Assembly (NCBI GenBank): GCA_031459385.1
Contig: JAVKIP010000009.1
Coordinates: 59,419 to 123,418 of the forward strand
DNA from: Candidatus Fervidifonticultor secundus
GTDB lineage: Bacteria; Sysuimicrobiota; Sysuimicrobiia; Sysuimicrobiales; Humicultoraceae
Direction: 5' to 3'
DNA: 64,000 nt
Part shown: piece after piece, positions 1 to 9,508 of the stretch
How positions within the stretch are numbered: position 1 is the first letter of the stretch
Layout of the letters: every line of letters begins with the position of its first letter
The notes under the pieces: model-generated
What the model was told of the DNA's origin: nothing
What the model saw: the letters and a program-made list of their open reading frames with translations, nothing else
Databases searched by the model: none
Translations under genes and position numbers: made by a program

Positions 1-858
1 CAGGAACGCCCGCAGCAGGTCACGGTCGTGCAGGTAGTTGTGGGTCATGATCAGCACGTAGGTGTGCGCGTCGGTCGGCACGGCCTGGCCCGCCTCGGGA
101 AACTCGGTCTTCACGAACCCCGACGCGCCGGGGAAGCGCTCCGGGGTCAGGAACGCCTCGCGGCGATCCACGACCAGCACGCGCCAGCCCAGCTGCGCGG
201 CGAACCGCACCACCGGAATGGCGTCGTGGCCCGCGCCGCAGACGACCAGGCGCAGCGGCGGGTGCAGCACTTCCACGAAGAGGCGCACCGGGCCACCGTC
301 GGCCTGTGCCCGGTGGACGCCGGTGCGCAGCTCGGCCCGGGCCGCCGCCGCCAACCGCGCAGCCTCGATCTCCAGGGCGGGATCGCCGAGCCCGCCGGCA
401 CGGCGGCCATCAGCCCAGACCACCAGGCGTCGGCCCGCGGGGACGGCGGGCGTACCCTCGACGACGGTGACCACCGTCACGGTCTCCTCGGCGGCGAGCG
501 CACTCCGCACAGCCTCCCACAGCACGTCGGCAGCGGTGGTCGGCTCCACGAACACCTCGATGGCGCCGTTGCAACCCAGCCCCAGCCCCCAGACCATGTC
601 GTCGTCGGCGGTGAGGTCGTAGGTGACCAGGCGCGGCGCGCCCTGCGCCAGGACCTCCTCGGCGACCACGGCGACGTCGCCCTCCAGGCACCCGCCGCTG
701 ATGTTGCCCACCTGCCGGCCCCCGGCAGCGATGAGCAGACGCGCACCGGCGCGCCGGTACGTCGATCCGCGCACGCCGACGATGGTGGCCAGCGCCACCG
801 CCTCGCCGCGCGCCCGCGCCTCTTCCACTGCGGTGAGGATCTCCTGCAGTTCCTTCAT
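1..858 (-). CDS. XdhC/CoxI-family molybdenum hydroxylase maturation factor (3' end outside window)
   Basis: Not in the ORF track. Manual translation from ATG 858 gives MKELQEILTAVEEARARGEAVALATIVGVRGSTYRRAGARLLI...GNISGGCLEGDV...WGLGLGCNGAIEVFVEP, typical XdhC motifs. ATGA overlap with the coxE stop. Confidence 0.9.
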   Translation of the reverse strand, partial: MKELQEILTAVEEARARGEAVALATIVGVRGSTYRRAGARLLIAAGGRQVGNISGGCLEGDVAVVAEEVLAQGAPRLVTYDLTADDDMVWGLGLGCNGAIEVFVEPTTAADVLWEAVRSALAAEETVTVVTVVEGTPAVPAGRRLVVWADGRRAGGLGDPALEIEAARLAAAARAELRTGVHRAQADGGPVRLFVEVLHPPLRLVVCGAGHDAIPVVRFAAQLGWRVLVVDRREAFLTPERFPGASGFVKTEFPEAGQAVPTDAHTYVLIMTHNYLHDRDLLRAFL

Positions 859-2048
859 CGGCCTGTCGTCCCCAGGTGCCGTTCCAGCCGGCGCAGGCTC
901 TCCAGATTGTGCGCCGGCGCGAACACGTCGACGTAGGGCAGGGCCACCCGCATGCCCTGGCAGATCGGCTCGTAGCCCGGGCTGGCCAGCAGCGGGTTGA
1001 GCCAGATCACCTTGGCGGCACGGCGGTGGAGCTCGTCCATCGCGCGCTCCAGCACGTCCATTTCGCCCGTGTCCCAGCCGTCGCTGATGACGATGACCAC
1101 CGTGCGGCGGTCGAGCAGGGCCCCGTAGCGCTCCAGGAAGTCCCGCAGGCTTCGGCCGATCTTCGTGCCCCCCGACCAGTCGGGGACCTGGCGCGCCACC
1201 GCGTCGAGGGCGGCCTGCAGGTCCTCGTGGGCCAGCTGCCCCGTGATCCGGCTGAGGCTGGTGCTGAACACGAAGGTCTCGACCCGGCCGGTAGCGTGCT
1301 GCAACGCGTAGACGAACTGAATGAGGAACCGGCTGTAGAGGTCCATCGAGCCGCTCACGTCGCACAGCAGCACGATGCGGCTCTTCTGGATCTTGCGCTC
1401 GCGCCGCAGGATCTCCACCATCTCGCCGCCCCGGCGCAGGCTGTGGCGCATCGTGCGGCGCAGGTCGACCAGGTGCCCCCGGGCGCTGCGCCGCGTGCGG
1501 CGCGACAGCCGCGTGGCTACCCGCCGCGCGATGGCCGCCACGATCCGCGTCATCTCGTTGAGCTCGTCGGGGGTGAAGGCGCTGAAGTCCTTGCGCGTCA
1601 GCGCCTCGACCGGGCTGTAGGCAGGGAGGTGCTCGCCCTCGTCGTCGCCGTCGGCCTCGGCCGCATCCTGCCACTCGAGCAGCACGCGGTCCAGAGCCTG
1701 CTGCGGGTCGAGGATCAGGTCGCCTTCCTGCGCGGCCGCCGCCAGCGGATCCGGGTCCGGCCGGGGCCCCCAGTACTGCCAGAACGCCTCGTCGAAGATA
1801 TGCTGGGCGTCCTGCCCCGAGGCCAGCACCGCCCGCAACGCCAGGTAGACCTCGCGCCGGTCGCCGATGTCCACGCTGGCCAGCGCCCGCAGGGCATCGG
1901 CCGCCTCCTGCGGCCCGACCGGCAGCCCCCGCGCCCGCAGCAGGCGGCAGAATCCCACCACGTTGGCGGCCAGGTTCGCCCAGCGGGCGTGGTCTACCGC
2001 CGGGCGTCCAGCCGCTGCGCGACCTGCGCGATGCGCTCCTGGCTCCAC
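855..2048 (-). CDS. coxE: CoxE-like VWA domain protein
   Basis: DLRRTMR and MIDAS motif LLCDVSGSMDLYS, WSGGTKIG, ISDGWDTG, WLNPL. Follows the MoxR ATPase in the cox cluster. Start uncertain (GTG 2048 or GTG 1961). Confidence 0.88.
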   Translation of the reverse strand: MEPGAHRAGRAAAGRPAVDHARWANLAANVVGFCRLLRARGLPVGPQEAADALRALASVDIGDRREVYLALRAVLASGQDAQHIFDEAFWQYWGPRPDPDPLAAAAQEGDLILDPQQALDRVLLEWQDAAEADGDDEGEHLPAYSPVEALTRKDFSAFTPDELNEMTRIVAAIARRVATRLSRRTRRSARGHLVDLRRTMRHSLRRGGEMVEILRRERKIQKSRIVLLCDVSGSMDLYSRFLIQFVYALQHATGRVETFVFSTSLSRITGQLAHEDLQAALDAVARQVPDWSGGTKIGRSLRDFLERYGALLDRRTVVIVISDGWDTGEMDVLERAMDELHRRAAKVIWLNPLLASPGYEPICQGMRVALPYVDVFAPAHNLESLRRLERHLGTTGR

Positions 2049-2944
2049 GGGGCTCCGTCCCTGTCCAGCGCGGCGACGCCGTCCAGCAGGCGATCCAGCC
2101 ACTGGGTCCGGATCAGCGCCGCGTCGTCCTGGTGCTTGAACAGCACCCCCAGCGTCTCCTCCACCGTATCCCGGTCGAGGTGCTCGCGGTGCAGCGCGAG
2201 CAGCGCCGCGGTCCAGTCCAGCGTCTCAGCCACGCCGGGGGTCTTCTCCAGCCTGATCCGGCGTACCAGCTGCATGAACGCCGCGATCTGCTCGGCCAGC
2301 TGGGCGTTGGCGCCGGGCACCTTGCGCCGGACGATCTCCAGTTCCTTCTCGAAGGTGGGATAGTCGATCCACAGGTACAGGCAGCGCCGGCGCAGGGCGT
2401 CGCCCAGCTCGCGGGTGCGGTTGCTCGTCAGCACCACGTAGGGAGTGGCGCTGGCGCGGATCGTGCCGATCTCGGGGATCGTCACCTGGAAATCGGAGAG
2501 GACCTCGAGCAGAAACGCCTCGAACTCGATGTCCGCGCGGTCGATCTCGTCCACCAGGAGCACCGGCGCCGTCTCGCGGGTGATGGCGTCCAGCAGCGGG
2601 CGCTTCAGCAGGAAGGGCTCGCTGAAGATCTCGGCTTCGCGCTCCTCCAGGGTCCGGTCGCTGTTCTCCGACAGCCGGATGTGCAGCAGCTGGCGCTGGT
2701 AGTTCCACTCGTAGAGTGCCGTGGTGGCGTCCAGCCCCTCGTAGCACTGCAACCGGATCAGGTCAGTGCCCAGCGACCGGGCCATGACCTTGGCGACCTC
2801 GGTCTTGCCCACCCCCGCCGCGCCCTCGATGAGCAGCGGCTTGCGCAGGGCGATGGACAGGTAGACGCTGGTGGCGATGGCGCGGTCGGCGACGTAGCCC
2901 TGCCCGGCCAGCAGCTCCTGGATGCGCTTGATCTCTGAATGCAT
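1994..2944 (-). CDS. coxD: CoxD-like MoxR AAA+ ATPase
   Basis: Walker A GAAGVGKT, RLQCYEGLD, YEWNYQRQLL, Walker B LLVDEIDRAD, TSNRTRELGDALRRRC. Confidence 0.93.
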   Translation of the reverse strand: MHSEIKRIQELLAGQGYVADRAIATSVYLSIALRKPLLIEGAAGVGKTEVAKVMARSLGTDLIRLQCYEGLDATTALYEWNYQRQLLHIRLSENSDRTLEEREAEIFSEPFLLKRPLLDAITRETAPVLLVDEIDRADIEFEAFLLEVLSDFQVTIPEIGTIRASATPYVVLTSNRTRELGDALRRRCLYLWIDYPTFEKELEIVRRKVPGANAQLAEQIAAFMQLVRRIRLEKTPGVAETLDWTAALLALHREHLDRDTVEETLGVLFKHQDDAALIRTQWLDRLLDGVAALDRDGAPWSQERIAQVAQRLDARR

Positions 2945-3017
2945 CGATCACTCCGCCCGTCGATGTACCCGTCCGTTTCCACAAACGAAGAGGGATGGCC
3001 GCGCCATCCCACTTTCC

Positions 3018-3046
3018 ATCTTACCGGATCCGCGGGCGCCCGTCCA
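3018..3046 (-). promoter_or_regulatory. Possible internal sigma70-type promoter for coxD-coxE-xdhC
   Basis: TGGACG-17 nt-TAAGAT on the minus strand in the coxG/coxD gap. Confidence 0.4.
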
Positions 3047-3059
3047 TCCGCCTGGCCCT

Positions 3060-3503
3060 TCACGCGTCGAGCCGCGTCTTCACACAGGCGAACGCCTCGG
3101 TCGTCTTCTTCTCCACCGTGCTCTGAAGCAGCCGGGCGCCCGCCGTGGCCAGGGTGCCGCTGACCACGACCTCGGCCTGCCAGTCCAGCCGCGTGCCCTC
3201 GGGCGCCTCGGCCAGGTCCAGCGTGCTGCGCAGGTCCACAGCGCTGCCCAGGCCGCCGCCGTGCCCGGTGAGGACCGCGTGCGCCGGCGGCTGTAGGTCG
3301 GCCATCGTGACCTCGACGGTGAAGTTCCCCTTGATGAACCCCACGCCGACGCGCACCACGGCCCGGAACCGCCCGTCGCCGAGGACCTCCAGCGCCTGCA
3401 CGTCGGGCAGGCACTGGCTCACCGCGTGGGGATCGAGCAGAAACGCCCAGACCTGCTCGCGCGGTGCGCGCACGATGAGGCTCCCCTGGAACCGCAGCGC
3501 CAC
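3060..3503 (-). CDS. coxG: CoxG / SRPBCC family protein
   Basis: VALRFQGSLIVRAPREQVWAFLLDPHAVSQCLP...GTLATAGARLL. GTG start 2 nt after the upstream gene's stop. Confidence 0.88.
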   Translation of the reverse strand: MALRFQGSLIVRAPREQVWAFLLDPHAVSQCLPDVQALEVLGDGRFRAVVRVGVGFIKGNFTVEVTMADLQPPAHAVLTGHGGGLGSAVDLRSTLDLAEAPEGTRLDWQAEVVVSGTLATAGARLLQSTVEKKTTEAFACVKTRLDA

Positions 3504-3505
3504 CG

Positions 3506-4552
3506 CTACGACCCCACCATGAGATACCGCGCCGGGTCGGCTGCGAACGTCTGGCGGCAGTGGGCGCAACAGAAGTAGACGCGCACGCCGCCGTGCTCCA
3601 GGGTGTGCACCGCGCCCGCCACCGCCACCGTCATCCCGCACACTGGGTCCACCGCCTCGGCGGCCGAGGCATCCACAGTGACCGCGGTATCCGGGGCAGC
3701 CGCTGCCGGCACGGCGCGCAGCCCCGGCGCGGGTGGCGCGTCGCCCGCCGCCTCGTGCCCTCCCGGCGCGCCTACCTCTCGCCGCGCCCGGTACGCCCCG
3801 ATCACCTCGGCGACGATACTGACCGCGATCTCCTCGGGCGTGACCGCGCCGATGTCGAGCCCGGCGGGAGCCCGCAGCGCATCCACCCCCACGGGGTCGG
3901 CCCCCCGACGGGCCAGGTCGCGGCGCACCGCCATGGCACGCTTCGGGCTCGCCACCAGCCCCACGTAGGCGGCCCCGGCCCCGAGCACGCGCGCCAGCAC
4001 GTCCTCGTCGTACTGGCCCATGCTGGCCACCACCACATAGGCGCCGACCACGAGCCCTTCTTGGAACTCGTGCAGCGCAAGGGTGCGGTCGTCCGCGCCC
4101 ACGGCGTCGTCCTTGCCCGCCCGCACCCGCCAGACGTCGAATCCGGTCAGGCGCCCCAGGGCGGCCAGCGCGTCCGCCAGGGGGGCGTCCCCGACGACCA
4201 CCAGGCGGGGCGGCGGCAGCACCGGCTCCAGGTAGATCTCCAGCGTCCCGCCGCTGTGGCACGTCATGGGCTGTTCGATCACCCCTTCCCGCTCCAGGCG
4301 TCCGGCGGCCGTCGGGCTCAACCGCAGCAGCCCCGCCCGGCCGCTGTGGAGCAGGTGGAGCCCCTCGCGCACGACCACCGTATGCGCGCAGCTGCCGCCG
4401 ACCCAGCCCTCGAGCCGGCCGTCGGCCGTCAGGATCGCCTTCATCCCGGGCCGGGCCGACGCGGGACGCTCGATGCGGACCACCGTGGCCAGCACGAACG
4501 GCTCCCCGCTGGCCCGCAGGGCCTGGGCGCGGTCGAGCAGATCGCCCCTCAC
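3506..4552 (-). CDS. XdhC/CoxF-family maturation protein with C-terminal YHS (TRASH) domain
   Basis: GWVGGSCA, MTCHSGGTLEIYLEP, APAGLDIGAVTPEEIAVSIVAE, then DPVCGMTV...YFCCAHCRQTFAADPARY. Confidence 0.9.
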   Translation of the reverse strand: MRGDLLDRAQALRASGEPFVLATVVRIERPASARPGMKAILTADGRLEGWVGGSCAHTVVVREGLHLLHSGRAGLLRLSPTAAGRLEREGVIEQPMTCHSGGTLEIYLEPVLPPPRLVVVGDAPLADALAALGRLTGFDVWRVRAGKDDAVGADDRTLALHEFQEGLVVGAYVVVASMGQYDEDVLARVLGAGAAYVGLVASPKRAMAVRRDLARRGADPVGVDALRAPAGLDIGAVTPEEIAVSIVAEVIGAYRARREVGAPGGHEAAGDAPPAPGLRAVPAAAAPDTAVTVDASAAEAVDPVCGMTVAVAGAVHTLEHGGVRVYFCCAHCRQTFAADPARYLMVGS

Positions 4553-4631
4553 CGGCCGGAGCCCCCCGCCACCGACAGATCGTCCGTCACGGCCACTCGC
4601 CCCCCACCGCGGCCCGCGACGCGCCCACGGC

Positions 4632-6983
4632 CTACTCCGTCACGCCGTGGGCGCGCAGCACCTGCCACACCTTCCAGGGCGTGATGGGGATGTCGATGTG
4701 GCGCACGCCCAGGTGCCACAGCGCATCGATCACGGCGTTGGCGATCGCGGCCGGCGCCCCCACCGTGGCCGACTCGCCCACGCCCTTGGCGCCCAGCGGG
4801 TGGTGCGGGGACGGCGTCACGGTCTTGTCGGTCTCCCACCGCGGCGTCTCCACCGCCGTGGGCAGCAGGTAGTCCATGAAGCTCCCGCCGCGGATGTTGC
4901 CGTCCTCGTCGTAGGTGATCTCCTCGTAGAGGGCCGGGGCCAGGCCCATGGTGAGCCCGCCGTGGATCTGCCCCTCCACGATCATGGGGTTGATGATGTT
5001 GCCGCAGTCGTCTACCGCCACGAACCGCCGGATCTTGACCTCGCCCGTACCCTTGTCGATGTCCACCACGCAGATGTAGCTGCCGAAGGGGAAGGTCAGG
5101 TTCGGCGGGTCGTAGTAGGCCACCGCCTCGAGCCCGGCCTCCAGCCCCTGCGGGTGGTTGGTGTAGGCGGCAAAGGCGATCTCCTGAATGGTCTTGGCAC
5201 GCTGCGGCGCCCCCCGCACGTAGAACCGGCCGCGCTCCCAGACCAGGTCGTCTTCGTGCGCCTCGAGCAGGTGCGCCGCGATCTTGCGGGCCTTGTCGCG
5301 GATCTTGCGGGCGGCCACCGCCCCGGCGGCGCCCGCCGTGGGGGTGCTGCGGCTGGCGTAGGTGCCCAGCCCGTAGGGTGCCGTGTCGGTGTCGCCTTCC
5401 TCCACCACGATGTCCGCCTCGGGGATGCCCAGCTCGTGGGCGATGATCTGCGCGTAGGTGGTCTCGTGGCCCTGGCCCTGCGACTTGGTGCCGAACCGCG
5501 CTACGACCTTGCCGGTGGGGTGGATGCGGATCTCGGCGCTGTCGAACATCTTCAGGCCCAGGATGTCGAAGGTGTGGGACGGCCCGGCGCCTACGATCTC
5601 GGTGAAGCTGGAGATCCCGATACCCATGAGCTCACCGCGTCGGCGCCGCTCGGCCTGCTCGCGGCGCAGGTCGGCGTAGCCAATCTTCTCCATGGCCTTC
5701 TGCAGCGCCGCGTGGTAGTTGCCGCTGTCGTAGGTCCACCCCAGCGCGGAGCGGTACGGGAACTGCTCGGGCCGGATGAAGTTCTTCAGGCGGAACTCGG
5801 CGGGATCCATGCCCAGCTGGTGGGCCAAGATGTCCACCATGCGCTCGATGGTGTACGACGCCTCGGTGACGCGGAACGAGCACCGGTAGGCGATGCCGCC
5901 CGGCGGCTTGTTGGTGTAGACCCCGTCCACCTCGGCGAAGGCCGTCTGGAAGTCGTAGGAGCCGGTGCAGATGGAGAACAGGCCCGCGGGGAACTTGGAC
6001 GGGTTGGCCGCGGCGTCGAAGGCGCCATGGTCGGCGACGGTCTTGACCCGCAGCGCGGTGAGCCGGCCGTCCCGGGTGGCGGCCAGCTCGGCCGTGATGT
6101 GGTAGTCGCGGGCGAAGGAGTCGGCCTGCAGGTTCTCCATGCGGTCCTCGATCCACTTCACCGGCTTGCCGGTGAGCACCGAGGCGGCCACCGCCAGGAC
6201 GTAGCCGGGGTAGACGGGGACCTTGCCGCCGAAGCCGCCACCGATGTCGGGCGAGATGACCCGGATCTTGTGCTCGGCCAGCCCCAGGTGGCCGGCCACC
6301 AGGGCCACCACCGTGCGGATGGCGTGCGGCGCCTGGGTGGTCATCCACAGGGTGAGCCTGGCCTCCACCGGGTCCCACCAGGCGACGCACCCGCACGTCT
6401 CGATGGACGAGACGTGGATGCGCGGGATGTAGATGTCCTGCGCCACGGTGACGTCAGCCGCGCGGAACGCGCGGTCGGTCGCGTCCCGGTCGCCCACTTC
6501 CCAGTGCCAGATGTGGTTGGTCTTCTGCTCGCGGTCCTGGCGGATCACCGGGGCGCCGGGCTCGAGAGCCTTGCGCGGGTCGATGACGACCGGCAGCGGC
6601 TCGTAGTCCACCTCCACGGCGGCGACCCCGTCGGCCGCGGCGTACCGGTCCGTCGCCAGCACCGCGGCCACTTCCTGGGCCTGGTAGAGCACGGTGTCGA
6701 TCGGCAGCACCATCTGCCGGTCCGACATCAAGGTCGGCATCCAGGCCAGCCCGTATCTGTCCAGGTCCCGGCCCGTGATCACGGCCAGCACGCCCGGGAT
6801 CGCCAGGGCCTTCTCGCTGCGGATCGCCTTGATCCTGGCGTGGGCGTACGGGCTGCGCACGATGTCCAAGTAGAGCATGCCGGGCAGCGTGATGTCGTCG
6901 ATGTAGGTGCCCTTGCCGCGGAGGAACCGCGCATCCTCCTTGCGCTTGACCGCGTGCCCCATGCCGTGCGCCTGCGTGGCCAT
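4632..6983 (-). CDS. coxL: Aerobic CO dehydrogenase large subunit, form I
   Basis: Active-site loop GGIAYRCSFRVTEA matches the form I AYXCSFR signature. Also DIGGGFGGK, QGQGHETT, GAKGVGES. ATG 6983 follows RBS GGAGGAG. Confidence 0.96.
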   Translation of the reverse strand: MATQAHGMGHAVKRKEDARFLRGKGTYIDDITLPGMLYLDIVRSPYAHARIKAIRSEKALAIPGVLAVITGRDLDRYGLAWMPTLMSDRQMVLPIDTVLYQAQEVAAVLATDRYAAADGVAAVEVDYEPLPVVIDPRKALEPGAPVIRQDREQKTNHIWHWEVGDRDATDRAFRAADVTVAQDIYIPRIHVSSIETCGCVAWWDPVEARLTLWMTTQAPHAIRTVVALVAGHLGLAEHKIRVISPDIGGGFGGKVPVYPGYVLAVAASVLTGKPVKWIEDRMENLQADSFARDYHITAELAATRDGRLTALRVKTVADHGAFDAAANPSKFPAGLFSICTGSYDFQTAFAEVDGVYTNKPPGGIAYRCSFRVTEASYTIERMVDILAHQLGMDPAEFRLKNFIRPEQFPYRSALGWTYDSGNYHAALQKAMEKIGYADLRREQAERRRRGELMGIGISSFTEIVGAGPSHTFDILGLKMFDSAEIRIHPTGKVVARFGTKSQGQGHETTYAQIIAHELGIPEADIVVEEGDTDTAPYGLGTYASRSTPTAGAAGAVAARKIRDKARKIAAHLLEAHEDDLVWERGRFYVRGAPQRAKTIQEIAFAAYTNHPQGLEAGLEAVAYYDPPNLTFPFGSYICVVDIDKGTGEVKIRRFVAVDDCGNIINPMIVEGQIHGGLTMGLAPALYEEITYDEDGNIRGGSFMDYLLPTAVETPRWETDKTVTPSPHHPLGAKGVGESATVGAPAAIANAVIDALWHLGVRHIDIPITPWKVWQVLRAHGVTE

Positions 6984-6985
6984 GG

Positions 6986-7486
<501 letters not shown>

Positions 7487-7487
7487 C

Positions 7488-8363
7488 TCACGCCCTCCCC
7501 GAGGCCCGCTCCAGGGCCCGTCTCAGCGCCCGTGCCAGGAGCACCCGCACCATGTCGCGCTTGTATTCGGCCGGCCCACGCAGGTCGCTGGCCGGGTCGG
7601 CTTCCGCTGCAGCCGCCTGGGCCGCGCGGGCGATGGCCGCCGCGTCGGGCACCCGGCCCAGGAGCGCCTCCTCGGCGCCCCGCGCCCGCAGCGAGGTGGG
7701 CCCGACGTTGCACAGCCCGATGCCCACCGACGCACAGGTCCCGCGGGCGTCCAGCGCCAGCTGCACGCCCACGGCAGCGACGGCGAAGTCGCCCACCTTG
7801 CGCTCCAATTTCAGGTACGCGCCGCCGCTATGTGGGCCCGGCCGCGGCACGCGGATCTCGGTGAGGAGCTCGTCGGGCTCCAGCGCCGTCGTGAACGTGT
7901 CGACGAAGAAGTCGTCGATGGGCACCACGCGCTCGCCCCGCGGGCCGGTCGCCACCACCGACGCCCGGGCCGCCAGCATCGCTGCGCCCCAGTCGCCGGC
8001 CGGGTCCGCGTGGGCCAGCGACCCGCCCACGGTGCCCATGTTCCGCACCAGCGGGTCGGCGATGACCCGGGCCGCGTCGGCCAGCAGCGGGTAGCGCTGC
8101 CGCAGCAGGTCGGAGGCCTCCATCTCGGCGTGGCGGGTCATGGCGCCGATGCGCAGCACCCCGTCCGCCTCCTGCAGACCCGCCAGACCGGGAATGCGGT
8201 TCAGGTCCACCAGGTAGCGCGGCGACGCCAGGCGCAGCTTCATCAGCGGAATCAGGCTGTGCCCGCCGGCCAGGGGCTTCGCCTCCGGCCCGTGCGTCCG
8301 CAGCGCCTCCAGCGCCTCGGCGACGCTGGTGGGCGCCAGGTAGTCGAACCGATCCGGGATCAT
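7488..8363 (-). CDS. coxM: CO dehydrogenase medium FAD subunit (possibly extended to 8660 by an HTH fusion)
   Basis: [54 protein letters not shown]. Confidence 0.95.
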   Translation of the reverse strand: MIPDRFDYLAPTSVAEALEALRTHGPEAKPLAGGHSLIPLMKLRLASPRYLVDLNRIPGLAGLQEADGVLRIGAMTRHAEMEASDLLRQRYPLLADAARVIADPLVRNMGTVGGSLAHADPAGDWGAAMLAARASVVATGPRGERVVPIDDFFVDTFTTALEPDELLTEIRVPRPGPHSGGAYLKLERKVGDFAVAAVGVQLALDARGTCASVGIGLCNVGPTSLRARGAEEALLGRVPDAAAIARAAQAAAAEADPASDLRGPAEYKRDMVRVLLARALRRALERASGRA

Positions 8364-8660
8364 CCCGCCCCACCCCCTATGCCTGCGTCTGCGCGGCGCG
8401 ATGGCGCGCCCGCGCGAGAGATCCACCACGTTGCGGCCGAGCGGCCGTCCCAGGAGAAACAGCGCCGGACCGAGCTCGTACCGGCGTGAGGCCGGCGCGA
8501 ACTCCACGAAACCGAGTGCGGTGAGGGTCTTGAGCAGGTTGTGGCAGGTACTCTTGTTGAGGCCCAGCACCCTGTGGATCTGGGCCAGGGACGCGCCGCG
8601 GCTCCCCCGGCGTTCGAGGTACCGGAGGATCGCCACGGCTCTGACCACAGCGGGTACCAC
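8364..8660 (-). CDS. IclR-type winged HTH domain, in frame with coxM and without an intervening stop
   Basis: VPAVVRAVAILRYL...SLAQIHRVLGLNKSTCHNLLKTLTALGFVE...RYELG is a classic IclR N-terminal domain. GTG 8660 is preceded by GGGGGGAG. No IclR effector domain. Confidence 0.8.
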
Positions 8661-8709
8661 CGGCTCCCCCCCGAGCAGTAGTCAGTACCGGTCCGCTGGC
8701 GACAGAAAC

Positions 8710-8727
8710 CGTTCTTTAGAGAGAACG
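8710..8727. promoter_or_regulatory. Palindromic putative operator CGTTCT-N6-AGAACG
   Basis: Perfect 6-bp inverted repeat in an AT-rich patch between the promoter and the first cox gene. Confidence 0.55.
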
Positions 8728-8751
8728 ACAGTTCCCGGTGCTGTTGTGCCA

Positions 8752-8780
8752 ATAATGGGCGGACCGCGGAGACCTGTCAA
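8752..8780 (-). promoter_or_regulatory. sigma70-type promoter of the cox operon
   Basis: TTGACA-17 nt-CATTAT on the minus strand, conspicuous in a very GC-rich background. Confidence 0.7.
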
Positions 8781-8905
8781 CCCCCATGACGAGGCGGGAA
8801 AGCGTGCCTGGACCGAAAGTCGGCCGACGCAGGCCGCGGGGCGAGGCGCGCCGCGGGTGGGGATGGCGCCACGCGCCACAGGGAGGGTGGTACGGTTCCG
8901 GGGGA

Positions 8906-9358
8906 CTACGTGCGCCGCGGGCGGGCGTCGACCTCCCGCTCGAGGGCTTTGAAGAACTCACCCGCCAGCTGCTTGGCCACGCCGCCGAACAGCCGGTGGC
9001 CCACGCTCATGAGCACGCCGGTCACCTGCGCGTCGCCCACGTAGGTCACGAGCGTCTGATCGCCCTGGGCCTGTAGCGTGAGCGCGCCGGTGGCCTTGAT
9101 GGTGCCGGTGCGGCCGCTGCCTTCGACCACGAGCGTCATCTTCTCGGGCTCGACCTGATCGGTGATGCGCACCCTGCCGTCGTAGGATCCCTTGACCGGG
9201 CCTACGGCCAGCTCGATGGTGGCCGCGTACTCGTTGGGGCCGGCCGGCCGCAGCGCCTTGAGCCCCGGGGTAGTCCGGGTGAGCACGTCGGGATCGTTCA
9301 GCGCGGCCCACACCCGCTCGCGCGGCGCGGGCAGCACGTACTGCCCCTCGATCTTCAT
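8906..9358 (-). CDS. coxG: Second CoxG family protein
   Basis: MKIEGQYVLPAPRERVWAALNDPDVL...VGPVKGSYDG...VGHRLFGGVAKQLAGEFFKAL. Confidence 0.88.
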   Translation of the reverse strand: MKIEGQYVLPAPRERVWAALNDPDVLTRTTPGLKALRPAGPNEYAATIELAVGPVKGSYDGRVRITDQVEPEKMTLVVEGSGRTGTIKATGALTLQAQGDQTLVTYVGDAQVTGVLMSVGHRLFGGVAKQLAGEFFKALEREVDARPRRT

Positions 9359-9401
9359 CGACCGATCCTCCTGCGCAGGCAACCGAACCGCGTGCAGGGT
9401 C

Positions 9402-9431
9402 ACTATAGCGACGCCGCCGTCGCGAAGTCAA
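9402..9431 (-). promoter_or_regulatory. sigma70-type promoter for the second coxG
   Basis: TTGACT-18 nt-TATAGT on the minus strand. A second TATAGT on + at 9490-9495 may serve the divergent gene. Confidence 0.55.
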
Positions 9432-9508
9432 ACGCCAGGCGATGACGGGCATCGGCGAGCGCCCTGACGCGTCCGGCCCGCACACGGGGTATAGTTTCCT
9501 CGGAGGCG

